Counted from the whole stretch's first letter, positions 13,145-25,589 are shown. The stretch: DNA of 63,210 nt, filler included, from Octopus bimaculoides (GCF_001194135.2; 3 parts of 3 records of this genome joined end to end with filler, not necessarily neighbours in it); one strand, 5' to 3'. Numbers and translations are program-made. The notes: a model not told the origin generated them from the letters alone.

Positions 13145-13364
13145 CCCTTTAGCATCCAGATTACTCAGCTAAATGTAAGGCTTATTTATTCACATTGCTT
13201 TAAATTAATTTTGAGTTATCTTGGAGTTTTGAGATTTCAGTGATGCGATTGTTTATTTTAAAAGTGACATTGTAGGATAGGAGTGAGATGCCAAATCTGG
13301 GTAGTGTGAATGCAAAACTGATAAAATATTTTGGCTGGATTTGGTTGGTTTAAATGCTAAAGGG
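13145..13364. mobile_element. piggyBac-type MITE (220 bp)
   Basis: TTAA|CCCTTTAGCAT at 13141-13155 and ATGCTAAAGGG|ATAA at 13354-13368: an 11-bp perfect TIR with a TTAA-like target site (one mismatch). A solitary end, TTAACCCTTTAGC, occurs at 5359-5371. Confidence 0.75.
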
Positions 13365-13494
13365 ATAAGTTATTTCTATAAACAGTAAACAATAAAAGCA
13401 GCTCACAACTAATTATGAAAAATGTTGATTAACAGACACTACATTTGGTAGTGGAAGACTAAATTTCTCTGACAGCCTGTATTTTTTCTATCGT

Positions 13495-13713
13495 TTACTA
13501 CTTTCAGTCATAGCACTGAGACCATACTGGAGCACTATTTTGAGGAGTTTTTAGTTGAACCCATCAATATATACTTTTTAAAGTCTGAAACTTATCTTGT
13601 TGGTCTCTCTTCGTGTAACCTCTAGGGTATGAGAATGTAAAGGAATTAACAACGGTTGTCAAGCGGTGGTGTGGAGGGATGACAGAAACAGACACAAGGA
13701 CACACACGTATGC

Positions 13714-13720
<7 letters not shown>
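13495..13720 (-). mobile_element. SINE 3' body fragment (same family as 20520-20930; similar fragments at about 2030-2200 and 7190-7340)
   Basis: Shared tttcagtca..catactggagcac..ggttgtcaagcggtggtg text. Confidence 0.6.
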
Positions 13721-13782
<62 letters not shown>

Positions 13783-13792
13783 TGTGTACACA

Positions 13793-14475
13793 CAGTGTTT
13801 TGGCTAAATTTGATAATATTGATGTCTCTTTCTTCAGGAACAGTCTGATCTATTGGTGAACAGTAAATGCATTGGAGAGTGTAAAGATTAAAGTTGTAAT
13901 AGAAAAAAAGTTAGTTGACATCGAAGACTGCACCATGATGATTTGTGTCAAGTATCAAAATGCCAACATCATGACTGCTGCTAAATGCTGTGTAAACAAT
14001 GTAAAAACCATAAGACATGACATGGACATCATGAAAGCTAGATTCCCCCAAACTGTAATAGTCTTTAGGTGTGTCTCCAGTGAGGATGATGTTATGCCAA
14101 CACGCAACTTTAAAACAGGGCATTAGGTACAATTCAGAAAGCTATGAGTAACTGTGTGGAGACTATGATCAATCCCTCTTGGAAGGGGTTGCTGTTGCCA
14201 GACCAAATGTATGGCAGCAGGATTTGGCTCTTTGCAGTACCTCCCAAAAGAGTCATAAGTGGTTGTCAGATAATTTCTGTGACTTCAACAGCCCGAATTT
14301 TTGACCTCCTAATTCTCGTAATTGTAAACCTATGGATTATTGCATATTGGATGCAGCTGAGAAAAACACCAACTGTTCTGTCTGCAATGCCAAAGCCAAG
14401 CAGGTGGCCAAGATCAAGAAGCTGTTTGAAGATTTTCCCAAGGACACAATGAGGACTGTGCATACCAAGTTCCAT
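13793..14475 (+). mobile_element. Decayed, internally deleted DD37D (maT-type) Tc1/mariner transposon
   Basis: Left terminus cagtgttttggctaaattt. Peptides IMKARFPQTVIVFRCVSSEDDVMP and VWQQDLALCSTSQKSHKWLSDNFCDFNSPNF*PPNSRNCKPMD, with 37 residues between the QQD aspartate and the PMD aspartate (counted by hand). Homologous to 56894-57828. Confidence 0.85.
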
Positions 14476-14923
14476 ATAGATATGTGTGTATGTATGTATG
14501 TATGAATTCTGCTCTATTTAATTTCCCAATAAGTACTCCTATGTTTCTCTATTTTCTGTTCTGGTTACCTGTTTTAACCACATATATCTTCAATTAATGA
14601 TTTTCTTTGTTACAGTTACCAAAGCTCAACTATGTGCTTTCCTATTCCTGTGTATCCACTGAGTCAATTACTAAAAAACATATCCAGTGGCTTTTAATAC
14701 TATCAGTACTAACAGTTCTATCTTAGGGCATTGAAACTGCCAGAATCCTTAGAGAGACAGCTGAAGAAAGCAAAATTTACAATATTATTCTTTGTTGCTT
14801 TTGTCTGTTTAGCATATTGTTTTTATTGTATGTGTCCATTTCTTACATATATGTATGTGCATGTGTATGTGTGTGTACATATCTCACTCTATGTATATAT
14901 ATCATATATATTATACATACATA

Positions 14924-14973
<50 letters not shown>

Positions 14974-15215
14974 TAATTTGCTGCTTTTCTTTACACAAAC
15001 TGAGAAGATACCTCGTGGAACAATCATTATTTTAATGAGTTATATCTTATCACCCGAGGAGAGACATCTGCACCGATGGATGCTCTTAAACCAGTTGTTA
15101 ACTATACCACCTGTGAGGATTTAGTGATAAATGGGTTGAAAGAATTGTAGTCATTAATGAAAATCCTCGTATCTTCCATCTTCTGTCTTTCTCATTAATC
15201 AAATATATATATATA

Positions 15216-15428
15216 CAGGGTGGCCCAAAAGTAGGTTTGCAGTTATCACATAGGCATTTTAAATTTCTTTTAAAACATTCTTTTGCATTTAAATTTCCAT
15301 CTTACAATCAAACTAAACCAGCAAAGAATAATGACTTCATATTTTTTTATAATTAAGATCTAAACTGTTAATTTATGAATGCGAAAGAGATAGCTGAATA
15401 ACTGTAAACCTACTTTTGGGCCACTCTA
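15216..15428. mobile_element. Tc1/mariner-derived MITE (213 bp)
   Basis: TA|CAGGGTGGCCCAAAAGTAGGTTTGCAGTTAT ... ATAACTGTAAACCTACTTTTGGGCCACTCTA|TA: an approximately 31-bp imperfect TIR flanked by TA. Confidence 0.85.
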
Positions 15429-15527
15429 TATATTCCTAAGACCCAAGTCACATTAGTGACAATTACAATTCTCCTTTTTGGTGAAACATAGTAAACTGCT
15501 GTTTATATTAATTATATATATGTGTGA

Positions 15528-15581
<54 letters not shown>

Positions 15582-16123
15582 ATAGACAGATAGATAGATA
15601 GATAGATAGATAACTAGATAGATAGATAGATAGATATACATGCATAAGTAATCACACATACACACATACACATATTCAATCACTCCTATCTATCTACATA
15701 TATAATTTTGACAGAAATGTATTCGGAGTTAGTATTAGATGACTGTGAAGAGAAAAAGAACTACTGAAATAAAGAATAACAACTGGCATTAGCATTAGGC
15801 TATCAGTGAAAATGTTTTTTACAGCTTCATTGAAATATTTCAATCTCGCTATATTGCAATATGAATACTATGTGCATAGGAGAAAATAAATAGGAAAAAT
15901 AGAAAAGTGTAGATAAAATATACTGCCATGCTTAACTTTCGACTCCAATTTTAACTGATTGCATTTAAAGAGACCACACTGAAGTGTAACTGTATTAATG
16001 TGGTTGGCTCAGTTAAAATTGCTGATTGTATCCTTCAGAATTACAAATAAAGTAAGGAAAAACAAATATCACCATAAATGCATGTATGTGTATATACAAA
16101 TATATACATACATGTACACTCAA

Positions 16124-16167
<44 letters not shown>

Positions 16168-16178
16168 CTATATCTATC

Positions 16179-16215
<37 letters not shown>

Positions 16216-16369
16216 ATATATTTACATATATATTTGTATACACACTTGTGTATATACAAACATACATATATACACACATATATGTATATACATATATATA
16301 TATATATATAGTAATATATATATATATTCATAAAAAGTAAGGGATATTGTCAATATATATGTATATATA

Positions 16370-16421
<52 letters not shown>

Positions 16422-16433
16422 TACACAAATATG

Positions 16434-16474
<41 letters not shown>

Positions 16475-17039
16475 TGTCTATTGACATTTTTTGTTGCTGT
16501 TGTTGCAGTTGCTATTCTCACCATCAGAATGAACAGACTTTAGTTTTATTGTTGTTAAAAACGAGCAAATAACCTTGATCATCTTGATAGGCTTAGCTTT
16601 CACAGAGTTCTCATCTCATCACAAAGCTTCTATTCAGACAGTGTTGATAAATTGGGTTAAAAAAAAAAAGCAATATAATGTTTTTTTAAAAAATGCTTTT
16701 TCTAAACCTTGAACCTGCTTTGAATATGCTAGCAAATCTTTGTTGAAAATCCACCTTATTTATCACTTCATAATCCAGTTTGTCTATTTTAACCCATTTA
16801 TGATTTTCTGCCTTTGTTGTTTTAAAGGAGTAAAGAATTGTACATATTTTTCTTGTATTCAGGCTGGCAAAAAACATGCTCTATACCACTTTATACTTCT
16901 TCTATGTAATAGGGTTGTATACAGTACTGAGTATTGTCTTAAGAGAAGGGTAAATTGCACAGTTGCCCAAGGGCTTGATAAGTCAAGAAACCCAATTCTA
17001 ATCTATTTAAAAAATTGATCGTAGACAATAAATAAATAC

Positions 17040-17225
17040 TGGTTTCGAATTTTGGCACAAGCCCAGCAATTTCAGGGGAGGGGAAAAGTCAATTACATCA
17101 ACCCCTGTGCTCCAGGATGAAAGGCAAAGTTGACCTTGGTGAAATTTGATCTCAGAATGTAAAGATGGAGGAAATGTCACTAGGAATTTTGTCTGGCATG
17201 CTACCAGTTCTGCCAGCTCATCACC
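17040..17225 (-). mobile_element. SINE family B copy
   Basis: ggatgaaaggcaaagttgacc..tctcagaatgtaaagatgg..ttctgccagctca (reverse-complement orientation). Confidence 0.8.
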
Positions 17226-17487
17226 ATAGACAATAGATAAATATTATAGGCCCCAGTGCATTGATTTGCTTAGGAGCCTATATTTAAGCTCAGATGGCAC
17301 TGGTGCATTCTAGAAGATAAAAAGTAGTTGTTATAATTGTAATGACCAAGCTTTTCTCAAAGACTTTGATAATGCAATGGACACACTTCAGAAGGAAGAT
17401 ATTTCTTACACCGAAGAATTTGCCATATTATCTTAATATCAAAAACGTTTGATAACTGGCCTGAAAAGTACATCTCTCAAAAACATG

Positions 17488-17602
17488 GATCTGGGTTTAG
17501 TTCCACTGTGTGGGACCTTGGGCAGTTGTTTCCTCCCATAGCTCCAGACCCACTAACGCTTTGCAAGCAAATTTGGTAGAAGAAAACTGTGTGGAAGCCG
17601 AT
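17488..17602 (+). mobile_element. SINE family A partial copy
   Basis: ggtttagttccactgtgtgggaccttgggcag..aatttggtagaagaaaactgtgtggaagcc. Confidence 0.65.
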
Positions 17603-17723
17603 CTATATATAGAACGAGAAACATGCACAAACAGTACTTTGGTGTAAAGTTTATTTGACAACGTAAAGTGGCAATCCTGATTAGGATGAATATTACTACT
17701 TTTTAGACCCATGTAGATATACA

Positions 17724-17774
<51 letters not shown>

Positions 17775-18499
17775 ATATATATATATATATANNNNNNNNN
17801 NNNNNNNNNNNNNNNNNNNNNNNNNNNNNNNNNNNNNNNNNNNNNNNNNNNNNNNNNNNNNNNNNNNNNNNNNNNNNNNNNNNNNNNNNNNNNNNNNNNN
17901 NNNNNNNNNNNNNNNNNNNNNNNNNNNNNNNNNNNNNNNNNNNNNNNNNNNNNNNNNNNNNNNNNNNNNNNNNNNNNNNNNNNNNNNNNNNNNNNNNNNN
18001 NNNNNNNNNNNNNNNNNNNNNNNNNNNNNNNNNNNNNNNNNNNNNNNNNNNNNNNNNNNNNNNNNNNNNNNNNNNNNNNNNNNNNNNNNNNNNNNNNNNN
18101 NNNNNNNNNNNNNNNNNNNNNNNNNNNNNNNNNNNNNNNNNNNNNNNNNNNNNNNNNNNNNNNNNNNNNNNNNNNNNNNNNNNNNNNNNNNNNNNNNNNN
18201 NNNNNNNNNNNNNNNNNNNNNNNNNNNNNNNNNNNNNNNNNNNNNNNNNNNNNNNNNNNNNNNNNNNNNNNNNNNNNNNNNNNNNNNNNNNNNNNNNNNN
18301 NNNNNNNNNNNNNNNNNNNNNNNNNNNNNNNNNNNNNNNNNNNNNNNNNNNNNNNNNNNNNNNNNNNNNNNNNNNNNNNNNNNNNNNNNNNNNNNNNNNN
18401 NNNNNNNNNNNNNNNNNNNNNNNNNNNNNNNNNNNNNNNNNNNNNNNNNNNNNNNNNNNNNNNNNNNNNNNNNNNNNNNNNNNNNNNNNNNNATATATA

Positions 18500-19360
18500 T
18501 AAAGTTCAATTAGAGGTTAAATAAGCCTCATTAAGGGATAATAACATCCAATAAATTTACTGGTTTCTTACTTATTATTTATTTTGAATATTAGTTTTAG
18601 CATTCAAAAATAGGTAATCAAATAAGCCAAGATTTATAGTCATTTAAGAAAAATAAGAAAACAGGTAAATCGATTAATAATTATATTTATTCATTACAAA
18701 AATAGACATAATCCCTAACAGCTGTTTCGATTTAGACTTTAAAAATTAATTAAAATGATTAAATTACTATAAAGTTGAATCTTGTCAAAGGTAGAAAAAT
18801 AATGTACAATTACATTTTTATATTTCTATGTGTTAAATGTATGGAGCATTTCAGCTAACTGAGAATTATTTTATAAAAAAATTTGGTATAAATTTTACAA
18901 AGGAGGGAAAGGTAGTATATTTAGAGAAGTAAATGCAAAAAATAATATAATAAGCTTTGGATAAACATTAAAAGTATAAAGAAAAGTAATATATAGTAAT
19001 AAACCGTATATTTAAGTATTAAATTAATATAAGGGTAATAATATATTCTGGGTAATATATATACAGTTAAAAAAAGTAAATAAAGTTGGAAAAGGCACAG
19101 AGGTATATTTTAGTAAATGTTTAATATTTTTGTTACACTGAGTAATTCAGAATATAACTGGTTTCGATGTATCCATTTTATCAAATATTAGAAAGAATTT
19201 ATTTGGAAGTCATAAAATAAATTTGTGGGGTTTAATAGTTTGTACTTATATTTGAGGTCTTAGTTCCAAGTTGAACTATGTAAACTGTTAGAGAAAGAGA
19301 TCTAACATTTTTTGCAATACATACCAATAAATATATCTGAATCAAAATATTTTCGGTGGC
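18500..19360 (-). mobile_element. Very AT-rich repeat, possibly a Penelope-type terminal region with hammerhead remnants
   Basis: Contains a degenerate hammerhead-like motif (19151-19189) and a second GAAACAGCTGT half-site (18717-18728) on the same strand. No recognisable ORF. Confidence 0.3.
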
Positions 19361-19510
19361 CCTTAAAATACTATTATAGATCCCCAATTTACTATTTTAT
19401 TACATGGACACCCTAAAAATTTTATATGGGTCCACAGGGGCCATATGAACGCAGTTGAGAACCACTGATCTAGTGCATCCTTCGTTTTATGATCACACAC
19501 AGTTACTCCC

Positions 19511-19903
19511 TTTGTTGTTGTTGTTGGCACTCCGTCGCCCACGACGTCGAGGGCTCCAGTTGATCCGATCAACGGAACAGCCTGCTCGTGGAATTAACGT
19601 GCAAGTGGCTAAGCACTCCACAGACACGTGTACCCTTAATGTAGTTCTCGGGGATATTCAGCGTGACACAGTGTGACGAGGCTGACCCTTTGAATTACAA
19701 GCACAACAGAAACAGGAAGTAAAAGTGAGAGAAAGTTGTGGTGGAAGAGTACAGCAGGGTTCACCACTATCCCCTGCCAGAGCCTCGTGGAGCTTTAGGT
19801 CTTTTCGCTCAACAAACACTCACAACGCCTGGTCTGGGAATCGAAACTGCGATCCTATGACCGCGAGTCCGCTGCCCTAACCACTGGGCCATTGCGCCTC
19901 CAC
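19511..19903 (-). mobile_element. Well-preserved, full-length tRNA-derived SINE (family C) with (AAC)n tail and 6-bp TSD
   Basis: Minus-strand head GGAGGCGCAATGGCCCAGTGG (A box) and GTTTCGATTCC (B box). Tail (CAA)n. ACTCCC directly flanks both ends (19505-19510, 19904-19909). Confidence 0.85.
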
Positions 19904-20347
19904 ACTCCCGTTGTAGCTCTATTGTATTGTAGATGTAAAAGACCTTTTCCAGATATATATTTATTTGTCATGATGGTTGTTTGATTTTCTGCTCCTTTAA
20001 TACTTAATCATCTAATGACCAATGAAAATACATAAAAAATAGACTAATTTTCAAGTTAACAATAAAGCTATTTTATTTTTAACATCCAAATGCAAACTGT
20101 CTATCTTGTTGTCTATGATTGTATTTATTTATCCGTGTGTGTGTGTGTGTGTGTGTACGTACATATCTATATATCTGTATATATAATATATACATTATGT
20201 ACCTCCTGCCAACTGGTCTATGAAGTTACCTGTATTGCTAAGAGCATTATAGGCACAAAATCAATGGTAACTTCCTAACTAACCATAATCAACAGCTACA
20301 TTAAATATATGATATATATATGTATATATATATATGTATGTGTGTAA

Positions 20348-20385
<38 letters not shown>

Positions 20386-20426
20386 GTATATATATGTGTG
20401 TGTGTGTGTGTGTACATGTATATATA

Positions 20427-20472
<46 letters not shown>

Positions 20473-20519
20473 GCACGAGCACACATACACTCTTACACAT
20501 TCACGTATGTGCATTTATA

Positions 20520-20734
20520 TATATTCTTTATTCTTTTACTTGTTTCAATCATTTGACTGCAACCATGCTGGAGCATTGCTTTTAGATGAACAAATCAACC
20601 TCAGGACTTATTCTTTGTAAGCCTGGCACTTATTCTATCGGTCTCTTTTGCCAAACCACTAAGTTACGGGAATGTATACACACCAACATCAGTTGTCAAG
20701 TGATGGTGGGGTGACAACACAGACATAAATACAT

Positions 20735-20777
<43 letters not shown>

Positions 20778-20930
20778 TACATATATGACAAGCTTCTTTC
20801 AGTTTCTGTCTACTAAATCTACTTACAAGGCTTTGGTCAGCCCATGGCTATAGCAGAAGACACTTGCCCATGGTGCTATACAGTGGGACTGAACCTGGAA
20901 CTACGTGGTTCAGAAGCAAACTTCTTACCA
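20520..20930 (-). mobile_element. Near full-length SINE family A with internal (CA)n
   Basis: Head at about 20930, cttctttcagtttctgtctac, a CA repeat, then the body ttacttgtttcaatcatttgactgc..atgctggagca. Confidence 0.8.
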
Positions 20931-20949
20931 CACACACACACATACACAC

Positions 20950-20994
<45 letters not shown>

Positions 20995-21246
20995 CATATG
21001 CATATATAAGCACACTCACACACAAACACAGGTGCACACGCACACACACACATATTTTAATTCTTGCGGTAGTTACTTCCAGTCAGCAGCAAACTTCTGC
21101 AGTAGCTTGGGAAGCATAAGGTATTAGTGTGAAACCATGGTAAAGAAATAACTACAACACGAAGCATTTATACTATGAAACCACAAATCTATCTGCAAAA
21201 GAATATTGAGCACTTCTGTATTCCAATGGAAAAAAAACCAGCCATG

Positions 21247-21278
<32 letters not shown>

Positions 21279-22435
21279 CATGCTTCATGTGTGTATGCGT
21301 GTTTGTATGTATGCATCTATGTAAATAAGTATGTATTTACATACACACACACATAATTATATACAGCAAATTGATCATAAAAAATTGAAATTCCATCTGT
21401 TCTTCAGAGTGAATGCTGATTTTGAAAATAAATTATATAATATCAAATGAAATGAAAGCTAGAAGATAGATAATATATTTAAAAAAGATAAACGTTGATA
21501 TTTTTTTGTTCATTTTTTTATAGATTGCATTCATGTTTTTCATTTTTTTTTTAAGTGTTAGAAAATCCTTTTGTTATTTATAAGAACTTTTGATAGTTGC
21601 TAATTACTTTTCAATTTTTTCGAAGGAAAAAAATACCAAAGAAAGTCAACAAGGTTTGATGAATATATAAATGCACTTATATTATCACCATTATCATAAA
21701 CTTTGATTCAATAGAAAACGGAAATAGATTTTCTACAACTATATAATTTCTATAAGAAAGACAAAAACAAACAAAAATATGCTTTTGTTATTGTTGTCTT
21801 TATATCTAATGTCTTTCAGAGATATCAGATATTTTAGCAGTTTCTATGACATTCTTTGGTATCAGAAACAAATACAATAAGTCATAAATATCAAACAAAC
21901 AAAACAATAAGAAAAAGTAATAAAATAAAATATCAAGATATTTTATTGAAAAGCATGTTGCCTTGTGGCAAATGAAGAAGAAAGTAATGATGAAAAATTT
22001 ATGATTAGAAGTAAAAATAAAAGTATAACTTCATGTGTATTTTCTTCCTCCAGAAAAATGTTGGGAAAAAAAAAAAAAAATTGTTGATCTATATATAGCA
22101 TATGAAGCCTTTCATTAGATGAGAAACATTAAATGATATCGTTGAGAAGAATCAAATCAACTGATTTTTAGAACTGTAAAAAAAAAAAAAACATTAAAAA
22201 AAGCAGTTGTAACAATAAGAATAAAAATCATTGATATTTCATATTTTTGGCAATATGTTTAACAAATTAACCTTCACAATTGCCAGCTTCTCTCTTTCTC
22301 TCATTCTCCCTCTCTCAGTCTCTACTACCTCTCTCTCACTGCTGTCTTCATCTCTTGTCGTATCAATTAATCTTTCTGTCTCTTTTACTTGTCACATCTT
22401 CATATCTTATATATATATGTATATATGAACATTTG

Positions 22436-22535
<100 letters not shown>

Positions 22536-22554
22536 CATTATATATCTATATCAC

Positions 22555-22650
22555 ACAGGCGTGGCTGTGTGGTGAGAAGCTTGCATCTCAACCACATGGT
22601 TCTGGGCTCAATTCCACTGCATGGCACCTTGGGCAAGCTACTTACCTCAC
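22555..22650 (+). mobile_element. SINE family A head
   Basis: caggcgtggctgtgtggtgagaagcttgc..catggttctgggctcaattccactgcatggcaccttgggcaag. Confidence 0.75.
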
Positions 22651-22734
22651 AGCCACTCATATTCATATATACATATATATCATATATGAATATATTTTTA
22701 TGTATGTTTGTATCATCAACATCATTTTAATGTT

Positions 22735-23040
22735 GTTATACTATGGCTGATATTCTGGCATGGGTTGAATGATTTGTCAGGATCTGACAGGTCCAACGGC
22801 TGTATTGTGTTCCAATGTTTATTTTGGTGTCTTTTCTATAGCTGGATGCTGTTCCTAACATCAACCCAACCACTTTACAGCATGTACTGTGTGCTTTTTC
22901 ATGCTACCAGCACTGGTGAGGTTGCCATGCAGCTTGCAAGATAACAAATGATGAGAGAGGTGGCTTTATGCCAAGGGATGAAAAGTTAAAGTATGAAAGA
23001 AGGGACTAGTATAACTGGCATCTCACTGTAGTGGAGCTAC
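22735..23040 (-). mobile_element. SINE-like body (related fragments at about 11110-11345 and 28040-28175 in the opposite orientation)
   Basis: gctggatgctgttcctaac..aaccactttacag is the reverse complement of the ggttggcaacagaaagagcatccag motif at about 11270. Confidence 0.5.
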
Positions 23041-23476
23041 ATGGCTATTCCTATTTTAGAAGAGATAAAGATGGTTGGGGTGATCAGGGTGGATCTAGAA
23101 AGAGATAAAAATACACAAACATGTATACACAAATATGGCGTTTTAACTCTTCTCAGTTGCAGTAATATAAATTCCAGGAATGAAGATTTATTTCATTGGC
23201 AAAAACCAGTTATCTCTTTACAAGAAGAAACTGAATATAAAGAAGAAAGACAACAATACGTGAACGTTAATGTATTCATATTCAGACATTCTACTTTATG
23301 TAAAATTTACTTTTGACAAGTCACAAGGTTAGCAATAGCAAAAGAAGCAGTAAAAGAAATGCATTGCTAGTATATAGAATACAAAACCTTCTACCTGCTA
23401 TCCACCCCAATTAGGATGGTTTTAAGAGATAAATTTGAGAAGGCTGAATCTATGAACCTGCCTGTATAGCTAATAT

Positions 23477-23675
23477 TCGTTTCAGATTTTGGCACAAAGT
23501 CATCAATTTTAGGGGAGGGGTAAGTCAGATATATTGACCCCCAATGCTCAGCTAGTACTTATTTTGTCAACCCCGAAAGAATGAAAGGCCAAGTTGACCA
23601 CAGTGGAATTTGAACTCAGAACATGAAGACAGATGAACTGTCACTGTGCTAACAATTCTGCCAGCTTGACACCTT
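23477..23675 (-). mobile_element. SINE family B copy
   Basis: ccccgaaagaatgaaaggcc..gaatttgaactcagaac..aattctgccagctt. Confidence 0.8.
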
Positions 23676-23974
23676 ACAGCTAATATTGGCATAGGTGTAG
23701 GTGGTTCTGGGGGCAGAATGGGTAGTCTACACCAGAGAAACACTCTTATGGGGTAGCACTTTGGGGCTGCTGTACAATCTTATACAGACTGTTTGCAGAA
23801 AGAGGGTGAGGGTAGGCAGCAAACTCAGGGGCTGCCCTGGATAGCACGAACTCTAGCTAAGCTACTGGATCTTGTCTTGTAGAGGGTCAGCATCTGATGA
23901 AATCTAACGAACTTCCTAACCTCAGAAAGCAAGGTTAGCAGTTTTAATTGTTTTGCACATCAGAAATTCTGGGA

Positions 23975-24062
23975 AAAGGCTATTGTGGAAGACATTTGCC
24001 CAAGGTGCCACACAATGAGACTGAACTTTGGGGGGCACATTTTTTACCACACAGCTATGCTT
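23975..24062 (-). mobile_element. SINE family A partial copy
   Basis: gaagacatttgcccaaggtgccacacaatgagactgaac. Confidence 0.6.
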
Positions 24063-24571
24063 GCATATGGAAAGATATTCCTTAACATATATCCTTGACT
24101 CTTAACAACCAAATTAATCCTGTATCTTATACAATTTCTATACAATTCTGTTTAAATAAAGGTAAACAATTTCACCAAATTAATTTGCTGCAAATATTTT
24201 AGAGTAATAAGGACATATTTATTGGTATCTTATTGATGAATTCTTTTGTCTGGAGAATCATTAAGTTTTGATTCCATTGCATGCATGGTACTTTATACAG
24301 GTGACTTCAACCACAACTTCATGATAGCCAAAGACTAAAGAGTGAAATTTGCAAGATGAAAACTGTGTTGAAGCACATCAGTTTTATATATGACTGTGTT
24401 TGTGTGTGCATGAGTGTGTGGTTGCTAATGGGAAACATGTCTCTTATGCAATTCAGATTATATGTAATAACTAACTTTCAAACAGTACAATATTTATTTA
24501 ATTTTCAACACTTATTGATTTACAGACTGTTTGTTTTTCCACTATCTCTTTATTTGTTTTTCTCTCTCTCT

Positions 24572-24628
<57 letters not shown>

Positions 24629-24807
24629 CTCTTTTCACTCTCTCTCTGTCTCTGCTTCTCCCCTTTCTATAAATCCCCCTCACACTGCCTTCAGCTATCT
24701 GCCTCCTCTCTTCGCCCCCCCCTCTTTCTTTCTCTCTTTCTATCTTCCTCTCTCTCTTTACCCTCTTTCTTTGAGGCCCCTCTCAGTCTCTGCCTACCTC
24801 TCTCTAT

Positions 24808-24899
24808 GCCTCTCTCTATATGCCTCTCTCTATATGCCTCTCTCTATATGCCTCTCTCTATATGCCTCTCTCTATATGCCTCTCTCTATATGCCTCTCT
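24808..24899. repeat. 14-bp minisatellite (GCCTCTCTCTATAT) x6 plus a partial unit, inside a (CT)n tract
   Basis: Six consecutive identical units are directly readable from 24808 to 24891. Confidence 0.95.
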
Positions 24900-25553
24900 C
24901 TCTCTGTCTTTTACTTTCCCCCTCTCTTATTTGTATCACTAAAATCATTCTACTATTTTCCTTGCAAAATGTCACCATTTTCAGTATTCAGCATTTAATG
25001 TCAGGACTTAAGTTTTTCAATTCATGTATTTATTTTTTGCTCTTCCTGGCTTAAACATACATAGGATATTTTGTTCTCTATGCAGTTATCAGGCATGTAA
25101 TACTGCATGACATCACCAACCATGCATGATCACATTACTGTTATAAATTCCCAGCTGTCACATTGTTTGTTCAATGGAGGTATGATTTGTACTTTGAATC
25201 AAAATAGATTTCCAAATCTTCCTCCTGCATTATGTGCCTGTATATTTGGTGAATGGTTTGCCTCTTATATTTTCTCATGGTCGTTTCCTCTATGGAGAAA
25301 ATTTGTTTATTTGTAGAAAATATATGTGAGAAGCTCTTGGCTTTAGCTGATGAATTGTTGGTGATCTGATACAATAAAAATCCATACAATTCATAACTTT
25401 GGCAAGCTTAATGGAAAATTACAAAGAATAAAATAGTTACAGTCATGCTTTAAGCCTAATACATTTATGTGTGAGTATATATATATATGAGCACCAATGT
25501 ATACAGAGACATACTCACATATATGTGTATTATTTAGATATTTATTGTTCTCA

Positions 25554-25589
<36 letters not shown>

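Noticed and set aside
24356-25054. 232-aa ORF (also 53472-54233, 253 aa)
   Set aside because: Kept open only by (CT)n and minisatellite sequence, with no domain content.
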